Origin: a virus
DNA length: 37,820 bases
Reading direction: 5' to 3' (one strand)
Virus genome (UHGV): UHGV-0214728
The notes under the pieces were generated by a model that was not told the DNA's origin, made no database searches, and worked only from the letters and a program-made list of their open reading frames with translations. Both the position numbers and the translations under genes were made by a program. The number at the start of each line of letters is the position of its first letter. The stretch's first letter is position 1. Below, in pieces: positions 1 through 7,561 of this stretch.

Positions 1-7
1 ACAAAAA

Positions 8-241
8 ATGGACTTTCAAATCCTGAACAAAGCTCTGTCAGCAGAGAAAACAACAGATATGGGCGACCCGGCGGATTTGGGGGCAAAACTGCGTATCGGT
101 GGTAGTTACCAGGCTGATCTAACGAACGCAGGGATTCACAGATTTTCTGCTTTACACACTGTTGCGTTGACAGATGATGAAATTACAAAAGCCGCCACTC
201 AGTGGATGGCGTGGGCTAAGGCTGTTGGTTTAATTATGTGA
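8..241 (+). CDS. Hypothetical protein, possibly the 3' end of a longer gene that starts upstream of the window
   Basis: ORF of 77 aa. The frame stays open to position 2, so it may be truncated by the window edge. No family recognised. Confidence 0.25.
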   Translation: MDFQILNKALSAEKTTDMGDPADLGAKLRIGGSYQADLTNAGIHRFSALHTVALTDDEITKAATQWMAWAKAVGLIM

Positions 242-260
242 TTTTTTACAAGGAATGTAT

Positions 261-291
261 TTGCCCGGTACATTTAAAAAATACCGGGCAA
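261..291. terminator. Perfect 10-bp inverted repeat (TTGCCCGGTA / TACCGGGCAA) with an 11-nt A-rich loop, lying between convergent ORFs. Candidate bidirectional terminator or protein-binding palindrome.
   Basis: Seen directly: 261-270 pairs with 282-291. The flanking sequence is T-rich on the + side. The loop is large, so the terminator call is weak. Confidence 0.35.
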
Positions 292-296
292 TTTCT

Positions 297-941
297 TTAC
301 TTCAAATCTACAAAAATTTTTTTAGCCCAGTGCTGACCAATGTCAATGGTGAGCGTTTGCTCACCAGAGTCATTAAGTGGGTTCATTAACCAAAAGAATC
401 GAAATTCATTTTGACCTTCATAAGGTATTTTGGGTTTTGTAAAAACAGGATCTTGTTGCTGCAAAAAGTTCGTTAACTCAACTTTAGTATATGAAACAGG
501 TTTATTGATATATCTGATATCTTTTTTGAATTTTAAGCACAGTTGATCGGCAACTAAATCACAAAAAAAATCTGGTTGTTCTATTTTGATACAGAACTCC
601 CCAAAGTCCTCCTTGAAATAGTCATCATTTCTGACAGTTGTTGCGCATACTATATATTCATCATGGCAGTAGCTTTCTGTTTCACAGTCTCGCATAATAA
701 CTGTTCCACCCTCGGCAACTTCAACAAGTTGTGCGAATTGTGGTTGAACTTTGATGACTTCATCCCATGCTGTCTTATCGAACTCCTGATATGGCACTTT
801 ATATTTTGAAATCCCCTCTAAAACATCACCTTGCTTTTCATTTTCAATTCCTCTGTAATAATTCAAAGTGCCTAGCCTGATTTTACCATTTAGATAATCA
901 TCCTTGAAAGACTTCTCTTTGAAATATTTAAAGACTTCCAT
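297..941 (-). CDS. Hypothetical protein of 214 aa, AT-rich and Cys-containing. Orphan cargo gene.
   Basis: Long ORF with about 33% GC, against about 52% for the surroundings. No TM segments and no recognisable motif. Likely horizontally acquired. Confidence 0.5.
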   Translation of the reverse strand: MEVFKYFKEKSFKDDYLNGKIRLGTLNYYRGIENEKQGDVLEGISKYKVPYQEFDKTAWDEVIKVQPQFAQLVEVAEGGTVIMRDCETESYCHDEYIVCATTVRNDDYFKEDFGEFCIKIEQPDFFCDLVADQLCLKFKKDIRYINKPVSYTKVELTNFLQQQDPVFTKPKIPYEGQNEFRFFWLMNPLNDSGEQTLTIDIGQHWAKKIFVDLK

Positions 942-1108
942 ATGCTAACCTCATTATGCTTTGCTGTGATTGTATAAGTGAAATTTCGCTACATAATCAA
1001 CCGGATTCTCGATGAATCATTTCAATCTCAATTACCAGACGCAATAGCTAAGCTTATCGAGCAAATAGGGGAGATAATGACACCATTAATCCCATAAGAG
1101 TCAGTGGA

Positions 1109-1408
1109 TTGCAAGATCATTATCATTTCCCGCTTGCTTTCAAAAACAGCATCAAGGTTGAACTGTCGTGCCGCCGCATCGTACGCATCGTGGACTTTCA
1201 GCGCGAACTGGCGAAGCTCAACCACGCATTCACCCTGCGCGAAGCCAACGTGACCATGAAAATAAAAAGTGTTCGCACCGAAAATTACTTGATTAACTGC
1301 GAGCTCATGATGCGCCGTTCTGGTGATGAGGTAAACCGGCGAGTTTGCGTTCTGGATAGCTGCTCGCAGATTTTGGCATCTCAAGTGATGGTGAGGATGG
1401 CATCCTGA
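1109..1408 (+). CDS. Hypothetical protein of 99 aa, immediately upstream of the recombinase remnant
   Basis: Codon usage in this + frame looks enterobacterial (ctg, cgc, gaa, aac, acc, gtg). The overlapping - strand ORF 1028..1384 looks like an antisense artefact. Confidence 0.3.
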   Translation: MQDHYHFPLAFKNSIKVELSCRRIVRIVDFQRELAKLNHAFTLREANVTMKIKSVRTENYLINCELMMRRSGDEVNRRVCVLDSCSQILASQVMVRMAS

Positions 1409-1878
1409 TCTTGGAAGAATTCGTAGAATGTGAGCTGGTTTTCGAGGATATGGTCAGCGGGAAGAATGCCCGGCGGCCAGGTTTAAAGCGAGCGCTGCGG
1501 CGGCTCCGCCCGGGTGATGTGCTGGTGGTCTGGAAACTGGATCGGCTTGGCCGCAGCGTGCGTGATCTGATTACGCTCGTGTCGGAGCTTCAGGCGCGCG
1601 GGGTGAACTTCCGCAGCCTGACCGACTCGATCGACACTTCGACGCCAGCAGGGCGATTCTTCTTCCACGTCATGAGCGCCCTGGCGGAAATGGAGCGCGA
1701 GTTAATAGTGGAGCGTACCCGAGCCGGATTAGCCGCTGCTAGGGAGCAGGGGAGAGTCGGCGGACGCCACCGGGTAATGACCACTGAGGTTGTGGAGCGA
1801 TGCCGCAGGATGTTGGGTACGGGCGCAACCCGGCAGCAGGTAGCCGATGTGAGAGGGGGGGGTGAAGACGATTTATAA
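1360..1878 (+). pseudogene. Serine recombinase / DNA invertase of the Hin/Gin/Pin resolvase family. The 5' end is truncated, so the catalytic Ser region is absent, and the 3' end is frameshifted.
   Basis: Translation 'FEDMVSGKNARRPGLKRALRRL...VVWKLDRLGRSV...FFFHVMSALAEMERELIVERTRAGLAAAREQGRVGGR' matches the Hin/Pin core. An in-frame stop lies at 1357, directly before the motif that aligns with Hin residues 30-40. The C-terminus ends in a poly-G tract (GAGGGGGGGGT) that shifts frame relative to copy 2. Confidence 0.6.
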
Positions 1879-2261
1879 ATATTTTCCGGCTCAATACGGC
1901 GAAAAAAACCCCTTGACCAGGCACACTCAAGGGGAAAATACAACATAACATTATTGCTGTGTGCGTCCTTGCGCGCAGCATATTTTCAGAGAAAATCTCC
2001 ATCGTTTCCAGATGTTTCTTGTTATTTCAGACTTTGTACTAACCCTGATTATAAAAAAGCCACAAATCAGACAGCGTTGACGCCACAAAACTGCTCTCTG
2101 ACAGCGTGTCGCCCGCAGCATTCGTGCCGTCGAAGCCAAAGAACCGTTTAGGGAAGCTAGGCTTTGCCCCATCCCGGTGAACGTCGCCTTTGCATAGACC
2201 AGCGCCGTCGTAAAGCGTTTACCCATTTTGTCATCGGTAAAGTAAGCCAGCAGGCCACTTT

Positions 2262-2510
2262 TTCTTCCACGTCATGAGCGCCCTGGCAGAAATGGAGCGC
2301 GAGCTGATCGTCGAGCGTACCCGCGCCGGTTTAGCCGCTGCGAGGGAGCAGGGGAGGGGCGGCCGCCGCCGCCGGGTAATGACTGAAGAAGTGGTGGAGC
2401 GGTGCCGCCGAATGCTGGAGAACGGCGCTACCCGGCAACAGATCGCAGATGTGATAGGGGTGAATGTGAAGACGCTATATAAGTACCTGCCAAGTAAGGG
2501 CACAATATGA
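2262..2510 (+). pseudogene. Second, C-terminal-only fragment of a Hin/Pin-family serine recombinase. It is about 85% identical at the DNA level to 1660-1870.
   Basis: Translation 'FFFHVMSALAEMERELIVERTRAGLAAAREQGRGGRRRRVMTEEVVERCRRMLENGATRQQIADVIGVNVKTLYKYLPSKGTI' carries the HTH C-terminus of invertases (compare Hin ...STLYRYFP). Upstream homology breaks at about 2245-2262, with an in-frame stop at 2238. Confidence 0.55.
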
Positions 2511-2526
2511 GGCAGAGTGAGGATTT

Positions 2527-2573
2527 GGTGTAAAATCCCACCCGGCATCAGCATGCATTAGTTGCCGGGTGGG
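2527..2573 (-). terminator. Candidate rho-independent terminator just downstream of the integrase gene
   Basis: Perfect 11-bp stem CCCACCCGGCA (2537-2547) / TGCCGGGTGGG (2563-2573) with a 15-nt loop. On the minus strand it is followed by AUUUUAC. Confidence 0.4.
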
Positions 2574-2608
2574 CGTGGGCTCAGGCAGGGGGAGCACCGC
2601 TTTTGATT

Positions 2609-3715
2609 CTACTCAATGTTTTTGCTTTTCTGCAACTTATCGAATTTTTCATGCAGAGTTTTCGGAAATAGCTCAGTGTAAACCTGCCACAATATATTGA
2701 GTGAACGATGTCCTGTGACCTGCGCTACCTCTTCAATGCTGAATCCTGCTTCAAACAGACGGCTTGCCCCTTCGCGCCGTAGATCGTGATACCTCAGATC
2801 CTCAATCCCCAACTCGTCACGAACGCGCCGATACATGGCTGTTATACTTTTCGGATTGAACGGGAATACCCTGTCGTCAACACGAGGCTGCATCGTCAAT
2901 ATCCTCCAGGCATCACCAAGTAAGGGCACTAACATGTGGTTGCCGATTTTTTTCCTCGGGTCCTTCCTGTCTCTAACGATAACAGAACGCTGAATATCGT
3001 CCACATCCTCCCAGAGAAGACGACAAACCTCTCCAACCCTCATACATGTAAGTATGGAAAACATAAATATTTGATGTAATGGCGCCCCGGTGTATGCCGT
3101 TTCTGCCTTAACTTTAAGAACTTCATACAACCGATCAACCTCGGTAGCACTTGCGCGGCGACTACGTCGCTGTGAAGGACCTGTGATCCCCATATTTCTC
3201 AACCAAACTTTAGCGTCAGATAATTCGTTCAAATTAGCTGGGGCGCCAAAAAGTGGCTTGGCCGCTTCAAGCGCAACACTTAAATACGATACGTCCTGAG
3301 AGATAGTGGAAGGCGCAAGTCCTTGCGCTTTTCGGGTCTGGCAGTGCTCGATAATATGTTTTGCGGTCAAGTCCGTAAGTTTGATTTCTGCCAGAAAGGA
3401 ACGGCCAAGGGTGCGGAGAGAGCTTCTTTTTGATGCACCGAGCGTTATGTTTGGGTGGTTTTCATACTGAGTAAGCAGGTCACCAACAGTTTTAACAGAG
3501 ATCTCTTTCATCTCTTTTTCTGGCTCTGGGAGACCATGCTCTTCAATGTATGCTACACGTTTAGCCCCCCAGGACTTCGCAAGGGTGTTCTTGGAGAAGG
3601 TTTTGTTCTCCCGGTGGACGTACTTACCATTTTGTTTAACGGCTACAGTACAGCGATAACGGGCAGTTCCATCGCTGCGTAATCTTTTCTCTATGGTGAA
3701 GAAAGCCATATCCAA
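2609..3715 (-). CDS. int: Phage tyrosine integrase (site-specific recombinase)
   Basis: Protein of 368 aa with the C-terminal catalytic region '...HDLRREGASRLFEAGFSIEEVAQVTGHRSLNILWQVYTELFP', giving the R...H..R...Y tetrad typical of lambda-family integrases. It sits at the prophage end, next to an excisionase-like gene. Confidence 0.9.
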   Translation of the reverse strand: MDMAFFTIEKRLRSDGTARYRCTVAVKQNGKYVHRENKTFSKNTLAKSWGAKRVAYIEEHGLPEPEKEMKEISVKTVGDLLTQYENHPNITLGASKRSSLRTLGRSFLAEIKLTDLTAKHIIEHCQTRKAQGLAPSTISQDVSYLSVALEAAKPLFGAPANLNELSDAKVWLRNMGITGPSQRRSRRASATEVDRLYEVLKVKAETAYTGAPLHQIFMFSILTCMRVGEVCRLLWEDVDDIQRSVIVRDRKDPRKKIGNHMLVPLLGDAWRILTMQPRVDDRVFPFNPKSITAMYRRVRDELGIEDLRYHDLRREGASRLFEAGFSIEEVAQVTGHRSLNILWQVYTELFPKTLHEKFDKLQKSKNIE

Positions 3716-3722
3716 ACCTTAA

Positions 3723-3758
3723 ACTGTGGGGTGCTGTGTGGGGTGCTGTGTGGGGTGC
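3723..3758. repeat. Three tandem copies of a 12-bp unit (TGTGGGGTGCTG), immediately upstream of the int start. A fourth GGGGTGCT copy lies near 3943.
   Basis: Seen directly: ctgtggggtgctgtgtggggtgctgtgtggggtgctg. The repeats flank a roughly 28% GC region (3760-3960). Confidence 0.8.
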
Positions 3759-3960
3759 TGATAACAACATAATGGGTTAAAACGGGTGAAAATAGCCTAG
3801 AATATAACTGTCTCGATATCCAGTATGTTTTTATATATGACTGATATTATTATATATATTTTATATGGTCTGATTTGTGGCTACGATTGAACATGGTTGA
3901 TATAAGTAGCATAATCATATGCTTATATCTTTATTGGGTTCTATTGGGGTGCTTGGTGAT

Positions 3961-4001
3961 GCAAAAATAAAACCGGATACAGCATAATGGGCGGTATCCG
4001 G
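3961..4001 (-). terminator. Rho-independent terminator downstream of the excisionase-like gene
   Basis: Stem CCGGATAC (3973-3980) / GTATCCGG (3994-4001). On the minus strand it is followed by UUUUAUUUUU. Confidence 0.55.
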
Positions 4002-4020
4002 AATCTGAGTTACAGTATCA

Positions 4021-4281
4021 CTAACTGCCACTTTTCATCTGTTCCAGGAGGTCGCGGCCTTTCTTCAACTGCGCATCAATGTGATTAGCAAGGTCTTGAA
4101 TATGGATCATGCGTGGTGCCTTTTGGCTCTCTGCCGCCCGGAAGGTTGGAATGGGTATCTCGCCCATAGCCGCGCGCTTTTCTGCGGTTGCCGGTTTCAG
4201 CCCAAAATACTTTTCGCACACCTGGCTGAGTGGAACCGTAGCAGACCCATATTCGGCCATTAACAAAAACATTGTATTCAT
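4021..4281 (-). CDS. PrtN-family DNA-binding protein, putative excisionase / recombination directionality factor
   Basis: Protein of 86 aa, 'MNTMFLLMAEYGSATVPLSQVCEKYFGLKPATAEKRAAMGEIPIPTFR', which matches my recollection of the pyocin-activator PrtN family used as Xis in lambdoid prophages. It is adjacent to int. Confidence 0.55.
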   Translation of the reverse strand: MNTMFLLMAEYGSATVPLSQVCEKYFGLKPATAEKRAAMGEIPIPTFRAAESQKAPRMIHIQDLANHIDAQLKKGRDLLEQMKSGS

Positions 4282-4400
4282 TTTTACCTCACACCACTTT
4301 CAGGCCACGATAGTGGCACCAAGTCTCATACATCCGCTTAAGCTCTTCTCTGCATTGTTAGCCGCGACTGTCGGGCGGTTAATGATGGCAATCCCTACGC

Positions 4401-4586
4401 TCATGCTGCACCGCCAAAAATGAAGTAATTCGCCGCCGAGAAAATCAAAAGAACAATAATCACTCTAATGATGCGATTGCGACCAAACAGCCGGAAGTAG
4501 TTTTCCCAGGTCATAAATGACATAACCGCAATAAAGGTCAGAAAGCCGAAAATTACAGCTGCTGAGATAATTAACAAATGCATCAT
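4401..4586 (-). CDS. Small membrane protein of 61 aa with 2 predicted TM helices
   Basis: Highly hydrophobic sequence (IISAAVIFGFLTFIAVMSF ... VIIVLLIFSAANYFIF). Its start overlaps the stop of the upstream gene by 4 nt, indicating translational coupling. Confidence 0.5.
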   Translation of the reverse strand: MMHLLIISAAVIFGFLTFIAVMSFMTWENYFRLFGRNRIIRVIIVLLIFSAANYFIFGGAA

Positions 4587-5245
4587 GCTGCACCGCCTTC
4601 AACGCGCTTAAACGAAATTACCCAAACCCAACCGTTGGCCTTCCAGCTTTCCTCGCCGTAGATGGATTCCCACAAGCGCTGGAATGCAACCTTGGCCGTT
4701 GCGAAATCACCCTTCGGAGTCAGGAATGTTCCCGGGTAATCAGGAAGCAAACTTCCTGCAGGCGGAACACCTTCGGCAGTGGCATCCTCTTCGCTGATAG
4801 CGTTCAGCCGTTCAACCCGCACGTCGGTGATTTCCAGCAGAATGCGGCTGGCCCAGCGCGGCATGTGGATTGACGGGCGCCAGCAGCAATGCAGTTCATC
4901 ATCTGCATCGTAAAACTCTGGCGCAGGCACTCCATCAGCCTTGTAAACGCAGAATTCGGGCTTCTCAAACGGAGTGGGGTCTTTGCTATAACTATCCATT
5001 AGGTCGTAGTCGAACAGTGGCCCCTGAAACGTCTCGCGCACCCAAATGCGGTCGCCTGGCTTGCCAAATGCGCTGTTCAGATAGTTCCCTGCCGACAGTT
5101 CCCCGGCCAGTTCATTGCCAGCCAGCTCGCACCCAAGGTTTTTATCATGTACAGGGAATTTCACTGGGCGCCGCGTCTGCGTCTTCCGGCCGTCGAGAAT
5201 GGCCCGCACCATCTCAGCGTTAAAAATCATCCCGCGCTCAGTCAT
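4583..5245 (-). CDS. Phage early protein, possibly ASCH-domain-like
   Basis: Protein of 220 aa. The N-terminal 'FNAEMVRAILDGRKTQTRRP' resembles the ASCH GxKxxExR motif. This assignment is tentative. Confidence 0.55.
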   Translation of the reverse strand: MTERGMIFNAEMVRAILDGRKTQTRRPVKFPVHDKNLGCELAGNELAGELSAGNYLNSAFGKPGDRIWVRETFQGPLFDYDLMDSYSKDPTPFEKPEFCVYKADGVPAPEFYDADDELHCCWRPSIHMPRWASRILLEITDVRVERLNAISEEDATAEGVPPAGSLLPDYPGTFLTPKGDFATAKVAFQRLWESIYGEESWKANGWVWVISFKRVEGGAA

Positions 5246-5582
5246 TCCAGGCCTCCAGTTCGTTCTCGATCTCTTCGTCGATTTCGTCGTTGGTAGCGTC
5301 TTCGTCCAGATAGTCCCGCGCTTCTTTCAGGTACTGTTCATGGCGCTCCCGGTACCAGGCCGAAAACTCTGGAGTCCAGCCGTTCGGCTCACCGTCATAG
5401 TCAACCTTGGCGTTACGTTCAGCCATGCTCTCGACCATGCTGTAGGCGGTGGTAAGCGCCGCTTCGCGGATATACCCACGAAGGTCACGCTTGCGCCAGT
5501 ACGGATTGCGCTTTGAGTCGCAGAATGGTTTAAATTCAACTTCCCAGCGGCGGATGCAACGTGCGTTCAGTGATTTACTCAT
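5238..5582 (-). CDS. Hypothetical early protein with an acidic C-terminus
   Basis: The start was chosen at the Met of MSKSLN (5582), because it overlaps the stop of the upstream small ORF in ATGA fashion. The C-terminus 'DEDATNDEIDEEIENELEAWND' is acidic. Confidence 0.5.
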   Translation of the reverse strand: MSKSLNARCIRRWEVEFKPFCDSKRNPYWRKRDLRGYIREAALTTAYSMVESMAERNAKVDYDGEPNGWTPEFSAWYRERHEQYLKEARDYLDEDATNDEIDEEIENELEAWND

Positions 5583-5713
5583 GCTGCCCACCATTCAATA
5601 AACATGCAGATACCAACGGTTACTACGGCAATCAGCACCCAGCAGATCACATCTAACAGGGCGGCGAACCGACGCAGGGTGTATTTGCTGTAATTCTCAG
5701 GTTCAAAATTCAT
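5579..5713 (-). CDS. Small single-pass membrane protein of 44 aa, missing from the ORF table because it is shorter than 60 aa
   Basis: Translated by hand as MNFEPENYSKYTLRRFAALLDVICWVLIAVVTVGICMFIEWWAA. Its ATG overlaps the ParB stop (ATGA) and its stop overlaps the next start (ATGA). It is coupled on both sides. Confidence 0.4.
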   Translation of the reverse strand: MNFEPENYSKYTLRRFAALLDVICWVLIAVVTVGICMFIEWWAA

Positions 5714-6495
5714 TGCGCCTCCCCAAGTACCCAACGAAGTGCGCTTGCATACTCACCCTCGGCTGATTCCAGGGCTTTGATGATTTCTTTGCGGGTTTTC
5801 AGGCGCGGCTTTGCCTCGCCGAGGATCTGACGCTGACGCCGGGCTTTTTCATGGCCGGTTGTGCCAGCAGTTGCCGCTTCGATTTCAGAGACCTTCTCCC
5901 GCTGCTCTTCAGGTTTAAGCGATGCCAGCTGACGCGCCTGGGTAACGGTGACTGTGCCAGCCTCCACCGCTTCCCTGACGGCCTGAGTAGCATCGAGGAG
6001 GGAAAGCGTTGCTCGAACGGTCTGAACGCTGCAGCCAAACAACACCGCAATGTCGTCCTCATCGAGCCCACGGTCGAGCGCGTCTGACATTTTTTTAGCC
6101 CGGCCAAGCGGCGTATCGGGTCGGCGAATTTCGTTTTCGCTTACCATGTATTTAGCCATCTGATTTGCTGATCCACGCTTAACGACCCCAGGAACAAGCA
6201 GTGGGTCTTTGCCTTCTTTCAGACGGAGTTTATTTGCCTCCAGGGTATGTTTAACGCGCTGACGGCCAACAACTACGCAGGTGAGCCCTGTTTCAGGGTC
6301 TTTCCAGACAATAATCGGCTCCAGTACACCCAGCTCCGCAATGTTCAGAACCATCCCTTCGTCGATAGGAAGGTGGACCCGTTCATCGTAAAGCGGGTGA
6401 GTTTTATCGGTAACCAAATGCAGGCTTTCAGGTTCGAACGTTAAAACATTCGTTTTGCCGCTGGCGCCGTATACAACCTTTGAGTCTTTTGCCAT
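5710..6495 (-). CDS. ParB-like nuclease domain protein
   Basis: Protein of 261 aa. The N-terminal 'LEPIIVWKDPETGLTCVVVGRQR' matches the ParB/Srx fold motif, and an HTH-like middle region follows. This type is common in lambdoid early-left operons. Confidence 0.75.
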   Translation of the reverse strand: MAKDSKVVYGASGKTNVLTFEPESLHLVTDKTHPLYDERVHLPIDEGMVLNIAELGVLEPIIVWKDPETGLTCVVVGRQRVKHTLEANKLRLKEGKDPLLVPGVVKRGSANQMAKYMVSENEIRRPDTPLGRAKKMSDALDRGLDEDDIAVLFGCSVQTVRATLSLLDATQAVREAVEAGTVTVTQARQLASLKPEEQREKVSEIEAATAGTTGHEKARRQRQILGEAKPRLKTRKEIIKALESAEGEYASALRWVLGEAQ

Positions 6496-6794
6496 CAGAG
6501 AGCCTCCACGTTACGGAAGCTGGTGGGGCAAATTGCTTTCAAGTCGCGCATTGCTTCGAGGACATGTAGATTTGTGCGCTTCTTGGTGTGTCGCTCGGTC
6601 AGACGATCACACTCTTTCGCCCACGATTTGACCTCTGCGAGAAGGGCGTCACGTTCGGTGCGCGTCTGGCGCAGAGCTACATTCGAAACATCGAGGACGG
6701 TAGCCAGTTCCTTGATGATTGCTGCCTGTTCTGGTGGCATAGTTTTGGCTATTTCGTACGCCTGTTTAATCAGTTGATTTGCTGTCTTAGCCAT
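6495..6794 (-). CDS. Hypothetical early protein
   Basis: Start chosen at MAKTANQ (6794), which has a GGAGAA RBS 8 nt upstream. Its stop overlaps the ParB start (TGATG). Confidence 0.5.
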   Translation of the reverse strand: MAKTANQLIKQAYEIAKTMPPEQAAIIKELATVLDVSNVALRQTRTERDALLAEVKSWAKECDRLTERHTKKRTNLHVLEAMRDLKAICPTSFRNVEAL

Positions 6795-7427
6795 CTTTTG
6801 TTCTCCATCTGACGCGCTGCAACGCGTAAATTTAGGGTGCAGCAACCCAACCCATGAGAGTGGGTGAATAGCTGGTTAAAATTTCTTGCTGATGGGGGAC
6901 CGCCACTGCAATGGCGGTACGTTAGTTCTCCACACAACGGAAAGAGCACTGAAGCACTGGAAACTCACTTGACTAACACAGTGCTTTTTCCTGTTGTGTG
7001 CCGGGCTTCCACCGGCTCCCATCTGTTTTTAAAGCCACTCAGATATCGTCTGGGCTGCGCCGTCTACTTCCGGCTGTCACTGCCGTCGATAGTGCTGGCA
7101 GCTCACTGACCTGATAACTCCCAGGATCAACTGGAGTGGTTGTTATCGCTACCAAAGCGCCACTGTCCAGGACATTTAAAAGGACCGTCTCCAAGTGGTA
7201 ACTCTTCCAGTCCCGCTAAACACTCGTGTAAATGCTTAACGTGAATGGCTGATATCCTCGTCTCTTCCGAGGTGTCACACCTTTTCGCCGCGCTGGTGGG
7301 GCGCACGTCGTGCCTGAAACACTTAGCTTGCACATTCCGGTTGTTCTGAGAGGCATGGATAAAGGGACTCTCAGGCCGCTGCGGCACATGTGCCATATGC
7401 CGTAATGCTCACTACCACACCAGGGTA

Positions 7428-7510
7428 TGTAACTACGGGTACTCATGATGTGATTTAAATGTACCTTTAGTTACCAGCATGGTCAAGAGAGCTATGTACT
7501 TTTTGTTACC
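7428..7510. promoter_or_regulatory. Leftward operator/promoter cluster (OL-like). Three 16-bp sites match TGTAMY-N4-GKTACY, the same consensus as the cI-cro intergenic sites.
   Basis: TGTAACtacgGGTACT (7428-7443), TGTACCtttaGTTACC (7460-7475) and TGTACTttttGTTACC (7495-7510). The same motif recurs at 8221-8284. Confidence 0.45.
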
Positions 7511-7561
7511 TGTGGATTGAAAAAAAAGCCAGAAGGAGATCTGGCTTTAGAAATGAGTAAC

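Noticed and set aside
1028-1384. A minus-strand 118-aa ORF overlapping the + strand ORF 1109..1408
   Set aside because: The + frame shows markedly better enterobacterial codon usage (ctg, cgc, gaa, aac, acc). The minus ORF is most likely its antisense shadow.
1483-2554. Several minus-strand ORFs of 60-118 aa (1483..1668, 1590..1946, 1739..2002, 1951..2226, 2231..2554) overlapping the recombinase fragments
   Set aside because: They are antisense to clearly recognisable Hin/Pin-family coding sequence in GC-rich DNA. The two largest are themselves duplicated (ICCRVAP...ARALMTWKK) only because the underlying + strand gene fragment is duplicated. They are artefacts of high GC.
2511-2608. A search for a tRNA or tmRNA 3' end as the integration target next to int
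   Set aside because: No cloverleaf or CCA-terminal structure was evident. The only strong structure is a long-stem hairpin followed by a U-tract on the int strand, which is better explained as the int terminator.
2488-2945. A shared 14-mer CCAAGTAAGGGCAC at the end of recombinase copy 2 and inside int, considered as a possible att core
   Set aside because: About 5 such 14-mer coincidences are expected by chance in a 38-kb two-strand comparison. Both copies lie in coding frames with unrelated contexts.
3723-3758. The tandem 12-bp repeats considered as a mini CRISPR array
   Set aside because: The units are directly adjacent with no spacers, and only 3 copies are present. No cas genes are in the window.
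7216-7446. An Arg-rich 76-aa minus-strand ORF just downstream of OL, considered as an N-like antiterminator
   Set aside because: The Arg-rich stretch is C-terminal, not an N-terminal ARM. The composition is Trp/Cys-rich and random-looking. No RBS was found. The region is more likely non-coding leader.
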